NCBI GenBank assembly: GCA_050251055.1
Contig: JBFWNL010000012.1
Coordinates: forward strand, 1-64,000
Length of the DNA stretch: 64,000 bases
Direction: 5' to 3'
Source of the DNA: Bacteriovoracia bacterium
GTDB lineage: Bacteria; Bdellovibrionota; UBA1018; JBFWNL01
Made by a program: the position numbers and the translations under genes. This document shows positions 57,822-64,000 of this stretch, in pieces. How positions within the stretch are numbered: position 1 is the stretch's first letter; each line of letters starts with the position of its first letter. The notes below the pieces were generated by a model. That model ran no database searches, was not told the origin of the DNA, and saw only the letters and a list, made by a program, of their open reading frames with translations.

Positions 57822-58691
57822 TTACGGTTTCGGCTGTTTGTTGAACTTTAAGGTTAAGGGGTAAATCTGGAAATTCACTTGATAAACCCGCTCCGCCGCC
57901 CGGGTGTCGTTCACCACCTGTTTAACGATCTCCTCGCGGCAACGGCGAAGGATTTCCTTCACCTCTTGATAGCACTCTTCGGAGATCGCCAATGTCAGTC
58001 CGCTTACGTCGCGCTCCGATTTAGGCAACCGATCGATGGCTTCGATGGCCTTCTGGATCATCTGCTTGTGGAATCGGGACACCGCGACCGAGGTCACCTC
58101 GTCGGGCGTGGTCACCACCTGGGAGGTCTGCTCCAGTTCTCCGCCCGCGGCACGCTCGATCATGCCCAAGGCTTTCAGCTCTTCGATCGCCTTCTTGGCC
58201 TGCTGGACCGGGATCACGGGAATGAGGAGCGAAGCGAGCTCCGCCACGTTCTCCACCGCCCCCGTCTTGCCGACCATCTCGCGGATAGGGATCGTGAACC
58301 AGTCGGCGAAGCAGTTGAACTCGGCCTCCCGCAGGGGATGCACCTTCTTGTAATAAGGGTCGGAAACGAGGTCCTTGGCGGCCCGCTCGCGCTCGGCCAC
58401 CGTCTTAGCCTGGTTGAACTTCACCAACGCCCGGAAAAAAGTGGCTTCCCGAGCCTGCAGCTTCACGGCCTGGATCGTCTTTTCCGTGGAGGATGGAGTG
58501 AGATTTCGCTGTCCGGTGATGATGAAAACGAAGAAGTTCGACGAGGTAAAGCCCGCGGCCTTGGCAAACGAACGGTAGGAAAACCCGGGATCGGTGGCCT
58601 TCTTGAAATTATAGTAGTCTTCCAGGTACTTCCGGTAATCGGTGTACTCGAAGAGATTCGGCTTCGGCAAGGTTCCGGGACGAGTGGCCAT
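57822..58691 (-). CDS. TIGR02147 / DUF4423 family protein
   Basis: 'FEYTDYRKYLEDYY...FSYRSFAKAAGFTS...GQRNL', 'WFTIPIRE', 'FHKQMI', 'RDVSGLT', 'VYQVNFQIYPL'. Confidence 0.9.
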   Translation of the reverse strand: MATRPGTLPKPNLFEYTDYRKYLEDYYNFKKATDPGFSYRSFAKAAGFTSSNFFVFIITGQRNLTPSSTEKTIQAVKLQAREATFFRALVKFNQAKTVAERERAAKDLVSDPYYKKVHPLREAEFNCFADWFTIPIREMVGKTGAVENVAELASLLIPVIPVQQAKKAIEELKALGMIERAAGGELEQTSQVVTTPDEVTSVAVSRFHKQMIQKAIEAIDRLPKSERDVSGLTLAISEECYQEVKEILRRCREEIVKQVVNDTRAAERVYQVNFQIYPLTLKFNKQPKP

Positions 58692-58723
58692 GAATCAAAA
58701 GCTATCAGAGGGCAACGGGAGTT

Positions 58724-59719
58724 TCAATTGCTGGCCAGCAAAGGATCATTCGGGCCCTTCGCATGCCGCTCGCCGCAGGAAAGTTTAAGTTTGTAACCCT
58801 CGGGATCGGATTCTTCCACCTTCACGACCACACCGGCCGACTTCACTTCCTTGTCCCGAGGCTCCTCGTCCGGCTTCGCCCCCTCGTCCTTACCGTCGAC
58901 GCCGATCTTATCATCCCACTTCTCGGCGGCGGCCACGCATTGGGTATACTTCGCTTGGATCCGCGCGGCGGTCCGCAACGACTGATAGCATTCACTCGCC
59001 TTGTCCGTGAGGTTGAAATAGCAAACCGACTGCAGGGAGTCCGTGGTCACGCGCTCGGCGTCCACGCCGGCGATGCACTTACCGACGGCCCAAGCCGATT
59101 CGTGAGAAACCTCCTGCGGCGGCTGAACCCGGAAGTTCTGGGCCTGTCCATAGGAAATACTACCCGCCGAGTAGTCGGCGTAACTGTAGGTGACCTGATA
59201 GTTCAGAGTGCGCACCGGGTTCGGCGTGGGGTCGCCTGCGGCCAAACGTAGCTGGGCTTTGATCTCGAGGTCCGCGACATAGTGGTAAGAGGCCGCGATC
59301 CGGCGCGAGCGCAAGATCTTGGCCGAAACGATGGTGTAGCCATCCAACACGAAAGTCCTAGGAGTTTGAATTCGATGTCCGTCTGCATACCCGTTGTTGC
59401 CGCCCATGAAGGCGTTGGCGGCCGAGGCCTCGATGTTTCGAAAATCAAAGAAAGAAAGGTTATAGAACGGGTCTCCTGACCCTTGTTCGAATAAGTTGAC
59501 ACTGTCAAAGGTCCAAACCTGGGCCCGAAGCATCGCCTTACAGGAAGCCGGATCGGATAGGAAACTCTTGATCTTCAAATCCAGCACGTCGATCGCGGAC
59601 AACGCCTGCCGCGCGGAAAACGAGCGTTGATTCGCCTTCAGTACCATCATCTGCGCCGTATTCTGTTGCAGTACAAACGCCGTCCCCAGCGCGATCACCA
59701 TCGCTAAAATGGAATACAT
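58724..59719 (-). CDS. Pilin-like protein without a prepilin leader
   Basis: Hydrophobic N-terminal helix starting at Met, Cys pattern shared with the two upstream pilins, RBS AGGGAGG. Confidence 0.55.
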   Translation of the reverse strand: MYSILAMVIALGTAFVLQQNTAQMMVLKANQRSFSARQALSAIDVLDLKIKSFLSDPASCKAMLRAQVWTFDSVNLFEQGSGDPFYNLSFFDFRNIEASAANAFMGGNNGYADGHRIQTPRTFVLDGYTIVSAKILRSRRIAASYHYVADLEIKAQLRLAAGDPTPNPVRTLNYQVTYSYADYSAGSISYGQAQNFRVQPPQEVSHESAWAVGKCIAGVDAERVTTDSLQSVCYFNLTDKASECYQSLRTAARIQAKYTQCVAAAEKWDDKIGVDGKDEGAKPDEEPRDKEVKSAGVVVKVEESDPEGYKLKLSCGERHAKGPNDPLLASN

Positions 59720-59758
59720 CGAAACGTCCTCCCTTATTCCATCACCCTAGCTAACCCG

Positions 59759-60544
59759 TTAAATAGATCCGCAACCCAATGATGCGTAGACCGTGGGATC
59801 ACTGCCCGTGACCACGGTTTTCTTCTCTCCTTCCCCCTGCTGCGCTTCGCATTCCTCCCACTTGGCCGCGACCACCACGCTGTTCTTCAGGTTTCCACAA
59901 AGCGCGACGTTGGAATCCGTGTAGCTCGTGAGGCAGAGCTCGCGAAAATAGGCCTCCACGAAAGTATCGGCTTTCACCTGGGTCCGGCACTCCCGGACCG
60001 AGAACGGCACGCTGCCCGCCACGGCTCCGTAAGTCACCTTCACCGGCACCGTAAAACTCAACGTGCGGTCGGATGCGCCCAGGCCCCGCTTGGCGTCGGT
60101 GTGCAGCTGAACCGCGAGCGTCAGGATCCAATCGTCCACCGATCCCGGTATCTGGGTCACCGCGCGCACGTCCACGGCACGGACTTCATAACGGCCGTGT
60201 CGTTGGCCCGCCTCCGCCACCACGATCGGCTCCGGAAGATTCACGCGGCGCTGCCGAATCCGAGCCGGGTCAAACACCGTAGTACCCGATGTCGGCACGC
60301 GCGTGACGTTCAAGCCTCCGATCGCGTCCGTGCAAAGGATGTCATTCTGGAAAAGCCGGGTTAGCTTGGACTTCAAAGCGAGCTCGTCGATCTGGGCGAA
60401 GCTCGTGAAATTTCGCCGAGCGGAGTTCGTGATGTACTGGGCCATCGCGTAGGCGCTCAACGCAACCACCGCCGCCGTCATCATGACCTCGAGCAAGCCC
60501 AGGCCGGCCCGTTGCTCGGAGGGGTTACCCGCAAAGTAAAGCAT
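59759..60544 (-). CDS. Type IV pilin/pseudopilin-like protein
   Basis: Class III signal 'QRAG|LGLLEVMM' with Glu5. Confidence 0.75.
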   Translation of the reverse strand: MLYFAGNPSEQRAGLGLLEVMMTAAVVALSAYAMAQYITNSARRNFTSFAQIDELALKSKLTRLFQNDILCTDAIGGLNVTRVPTSGTTVFDPARIRQRRVNLPEPIVVAEAGQRHGRYEVRAVDVRAVTQIPGSVDDWILTLAVQLHTDAKRGLGASDRTLSFTVPVKVTYGAVAGSVPFSVRECRTQVKADTFVEAYFRELCLTSYTDSNVALCGNLKNSVVVAAKWEECEAQQGEGEKKTVVTGSDPTVYASLGCGSI

Positions 60545-61265
60545 TGCCCTTCCCCCTCTTTACCTTGACGTCTACGTTACCGGTCTTGCGCAAGCACTGC
60601 GAATAGGCGGCCATCACGCGGGTGGCACGAGGAAAAGTCGCGCAGATCTCTTTATCCCCCGCATCCATGCGCATCACCCGCTGGCACATCTCCAAGTACA
60701 TGCCGCCGGCGAGCTGGGACGCATCGGTGTCCTGCTCGCGGCAGTCCACGACCCGACGATTGGCATCGAGCACGAGCGTGAGCGTGTAATCCAGTGCCAG
60801 TGGCTGCGGAGCTCCCCGGGGCGTGACGACCAAGCGAAGCGTCGTCAGATGATCGCTCAGCGAAAACGGCACGGGATCGCGCTCCAACACCGTCCACGAG
60901 TTGATTTGATAGTCCGAGTCGCGCAGCCCATCGCGCGCGATGACCCCGGGTGCAGCCCCCTGGGGCGAGCTCAGCGTAATCGCCAGGCCTTCGCGGATGT
61001 CCGAATCTCCGAACGCCGTCCGGCAGGCGGCGCGATTGTTCAGGGTCGCACGGATCAAATAATCCAGGCCCACGACGGCGGCGTGCCCGCGTGAGGAAAG
61101 TTCGGCTTGATGCATGGCGGAAGTAAAGGGTACCACCCCGAAAAGAAGCAGGACCGACCCAATGGCCGCGCCCAGCATCATCTCCACCAATGAAAACCCC
61201 TGCGACCCCACCACGCGACGTCCCTCCCGTAAACCAGGATACCGAGTCGGCGAAACGCCGGCCAC
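60525..61265 (-). CDS. Type IV pilin/pseudopilin-like protein
   Basis: Class III signal 'SQG|FSLVEMML' with Glu5. Start uncertain. Confidence 0.8.
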   Translation of the reverse strand: MAGVSPTRYPGLREGRRVVGSQGFSLVEMMLGAAIGSVLLLFGVVPFTSAMHQAELSSRGHAAVVGLDYLIRATLNNRAACRTAFGDSDIREGLAITLSSPQGAAPGVIARDGLRDSDYQINSWTVLERDPVPFSLSDHLTTLRLVVTPRGAPQPLALDYTLTLVLDANRRVVDCREQDTDASQLAGGMYLEMCQRVMRMDAGDKEICATFPRATRVMAAYSQCLRKTGNVDVKVKRGKGNALLCG

Positions 61266-61359
61266 GGGCGGGGCGTCTCCGGGTCAGTTTCCGTTATCGT
61301 GCGTTTACGCAAAACGGGTCATCCGAGACACAGGCGGGGTACCGACGCCGAAAAGACGA

Positions 61360-64000
61360 TTAAAAACAGGCGCCGACCCGTTTTCCCAGGGCGTGGCAGA
61401 AGTCGGTATAACGCGTATAAAGCGCGGTCCAGCCGTCGATGGCGGAGAGCTCGGCATTGGACTGTCGACGTTGGTCGATGATGAGATCGTTGGCGGAGAT
61501 GCGGCCGGCTTGAAACCGTTTTAAGTTGTCGCTCGAAATCCGTCTCGCCATGGCTTGGGCCTGGTCGCGCTCAAACGCCGATTCCAGCGCCTGCTCGAAG
61601 GCGTGCCGGGCCGAGGCAAACCCGCTCGCGGCATCGCGTTCCACCTGCTGGACCTTGTAATCAGCCACCACCGCCTCCACGCTCGCCGTCTGGTACGCGG
61701 AATACTGCACCAGCTGATCGAAGAGAGGCACGCTCAAGGTAAGCCCGGCGCTCCAGCCGTAGTAGTCGGCGTTGCTCAGATCATAGCGCCCGTAGGCGCC
61801 GACCGCGTTGAGCGTCGGTAAGAAGCCGCGAAACTGCCGCGTTTTGCGGGCGTCGGCGGCTTCCCGAGCCAGGCTAGCCGCCTGCCAATCCGGGCGGGCC
61901 GCCAGTACCAGGCTCGAGGAGAGCCACGGCTTTTTTTTTCTCCAGGTGCCCAGGCGGTCTTCCCATGGAAAGGCGACTTCCACCTGGGTCGTGCCGAGCT
62001 TCTCGCGCAAATCCGCCTCCGCTTCCACGAAGAGCACTTCACGGTCGCGCAAGCTCGCGCGGGATTCAGCCAGATCGATGGCGACCTTATCTGCCTCTTG
62101 TCCCGAGAGGAGCCCTCGTCGATAGCGCTCCCGTGCGATCTCGAGCAGCTTTTGTTGGCTCTCGACCTCGCGTTTTAGAATCTGCCGCGACTTCTCGTTC
62201 TGAATGCGTTTGAGTAACGCCGCCACTCCCGCGCGCTCGGCGGTGAACTCGGCTTGCTCGACCAGGTGGGTCTGCGCGTTTTCATCCGCGCGCGCGGCCT
62301 TGATCGCTTCCCAGTCGGCTCCGAAGCGAAAGAGATTCATCGTCCCGCTGAGTTCCAAATCGGTCGTCTCTACCGTGGCGCCGGTGGCATGAGTGGCCTT
62401 GCGCGCTCCGGAAGCGCTCACGCTAGGCAGAAACGCCATCTGCGCCGCCCGGCGCTTGGCCGCGAACTCATCCATCCGTTGGGCCTCCACCTGCCGCCCC
62501 AGGTCGCGCTCCACGATGCGTGCGAGCGCGGCCTCGAACTTCAGCGGTGACTCGGCGGGCGCCGCCACCGAAGTCGCGTATGCATCCAGCGGGACTCCCA
62601 AAGCCAAACATCCGAACAACAGGCTGAGTAAGTCCGTTCGCGAGGCGCTCTCCGGCTTCGTCTTCGCCCGAAACGGAGGCGGCGTGGCTAAACCCGGCCG
62701 TCCGGTGGCCTCCGCGAACACGGTCCCGGGCGTTTCGCGCTTGCCGAGACCGCCGCGGGAACCCCGCCAGTTCAGATACGCCACTTGCAGCGAAGGCACC
62801 ACGAATAGCGTAAGCGCCATGGAGAACCAGAGCCCACCGGCCACCGCGATTCCCAGCGGCTGCAGGATACGCCCGCCCTCTCCCATCCCGAAGGCGATCG
62901 GGCACATCGCCAAGATCGTGGTGAAGGAGGTAATCAGGATGGGGCGCAGGCGCTTGCGCCCGGCCTCGAGCGCGGCTTCGAGCGGCGAAAGGCCGAGCGC
63001 GAGTTGGCGCTTGAGAAAATCCACGAGCAGAATGCTATTGGCGACGGCCAACCCGTTGAGCAGGATCACGCCCAGGACCGAATTGAGCGAAAGCGTGCTA
63101 CCGGTCAGCCAGAGCGAAAGCATTACCCCAATCACGCCCAGCGGGACCGAGACCATCACGATCAACGTGCTCACGAAGTCATTGAACTGCAGGTAGATCG
63201 TCACGAAGATGAGCAAGACCGAAATGGCGAGCGCCCACACCAACTCCTCGAGCGCGACGGTGAGCTCTTTTTCCGGGTCGTCGAAAGTCAGCGTCACCCC
63301 GGCCGGAAGCGGGCGCGTTTTCCGCCACTCCTCGACCGTTTGCTTGGCGAGCGCGACGCGCGCGTCTTTCTCGTGCTCCTGCCCCTTGTTTAGATCCCCT
63401 AGCACGAGGAAAACCTCGGCGCCGTTCTCGCGATAAACCGTCGGCATGACGGCCTCCTTGCGGACGTCGGCCAAGGCCTTGAGCGGTATAATCTTTTGGC
63501 CCACGGAAATCGGCAGAGCCCCGACGTCCTCCGCGGTCGAGACTCGATCGGGCGGATAGCTCATCTGAATACTCACGTTGCGGCCATCGACGGGAAAGTA
63601 ACCCACCCAGCGACCGTTCGTCGCCACCCGCGTAAGATCCGCGAGGCTGCTGACGTCGACCGTGCTTCCGCCGGCTTTCAGGTTCGCGAACTGATTGGCG
63701 TAAGGCACGAGCGAAATAATTTCTTTACGGCGCACGTTCGGTCGCGTCCACATGTCCGGGAACACACGCTTCCCATCAAGCAGCTCGCGCAATTCTTGCG
63801 TCACCTCGGCGCGATCCTCGACCTTTCCGCCCTGCAGGACTAGGCGCAGCTTCGGCGGGTCGGGAATCGGCAGCTCCGCCGGGTTCCACGGCCCCACCCA
63901 GTAAGAAACGTCCGGCGTGTTAGTGAACTGCTTTTGCATCCCCTTCCACACGTTCAGCATATCGGCGCGATTTCTCATGCGCGCCAAAATCGTCGCGTGT
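61360..64000 (-). CDS. RND efflux permease (C-terminal half, 5' end outside window) fused in frame to a TolC-family outer-membrane protein
   Basis: RND TM motifs 'ANSILLVDF', 'RLRPILITSFTTILAMCP', 'QPLGIAVAGGL'. TolC motifs follow: 'FLPSVS', 'RERYRRGLLS', 'RPDW', 'WSAGLTLSVPLFD', 'RFQAGRIS'. Confidence 0.88.
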   Translation of the reverse strand, partial: HATILARMRNRADMLNVWKGMQKQFTNTPDVSYWVGPWNPAELPIPDPPKLRLVLQGGKVEDRAEVTQELRELLDGKRVFPDMWTRPNVRRKEIISLVPYANQFANLKAGGSTVDVSSLADLTRVATNGRWVGYFPVDGRNVSIQMSYPPDRVSTAEDVGALPISVGQKIIPLKALADVRKEAVMPTVYRENGAEVFLVLGDLNKGQEHEKDARVALAKQTVEEWRKTRPLPAGVTLTFDDPEKELTVALEELVWALAISVLLIFVTIYLQFNDFVSTLIVMVSVPLGVIGVMLSLWLTGSTLSLNSVLGVILLNGLAVANSILLVDFLKRQLALGLSPLEAALEAGRKRLRPILITSFTTILAMCPIAFGMGEGGRILQPLGIAVAGGLWFSMALTLFVVPSLQVAYLNWRGSRGGLGKRETPGTVFAEATGRPGLATPPPFRAKTKPESASRTDLLSLLFGCLALGVPLDAYATSVAAPAESPLKFEAALARIVERDLGRQVEAQRMDEFAAKRRAAQMAFLPSVSASGARKATHATGATVETTDLELSGTMNLFRFGADWEAIKAARADENAQTHLVEQAEFTAERAGVAALLKRIQNEKSRQILKREVESQQKLLEIARERYRRGLLSGQEADKVAIDLAESRASLRDREVLFVEAEADLREKLGTTQVEVAFPWEDRLGTWRKKKPWLSSSLVLAARPDWQAASLAREAADARKTRQFRGFLPTLNAVGAYGRYDLSNADYYGWSAGLTLSVPLFDQLVQYSAYQTASVEAVVADYKVQQVERDAASGFASARHAFEQALESAFERDQAQAMARRISSDNLKRFQAGRISANDLIIDQRRQSNAELSAIDGWTALYTRYTDFCHALGKRVGACF

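Overview
GC-rich bacterial chromosomal window with about 43 protein-coding genes. I recognise no rRNA, tRNA, CRISPR array or transposase. The gene content (Agl/Glt gliding-type motor genes, a GYF-PilZ protein, TIGR02147, sigma28-like promoters, many secreted Cys-rich lipoproteins) suggests a Bdellovibrionota/Oligoflexia-like organism; this is inference. Housekeeping-type genes are fur, a penicillin acylase, an RluA-family synthase, nrdJ with tandem NrdR-like boxes, an M48 peptidase, prkA-yeaH-spoVR and pmbA. Five accessory modules stand out. (1) A divergent Agl/Glt-like locus: a giant TPR protein and GYF-PilZ on one side; an OmpL47-like Ig-repeat protein, cglF, gltG and aglRQS on the other. 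(2) Directly downstream, an unannotated cluster of four Cys-rich lipoproteins forming two paralog pairs; one member is a copy of its neighbour's domain split by a ~1,200-aa Kelch insertion. This is my best candidate for an undescribed surface system. (3) An exported heme-c / Tat DUF1501-like cluster followed by two secreted pentapeptide-repeat proteins. (4) An HTTM/SdpAB-like pair coupled to a TPR-propeller lipoprotein. (5) Three paralogous pilin-like genes next to an RND permease fused in frame to TolC through an internal signal peptide. All family calls come from motif recognition by eye; no searches were run.
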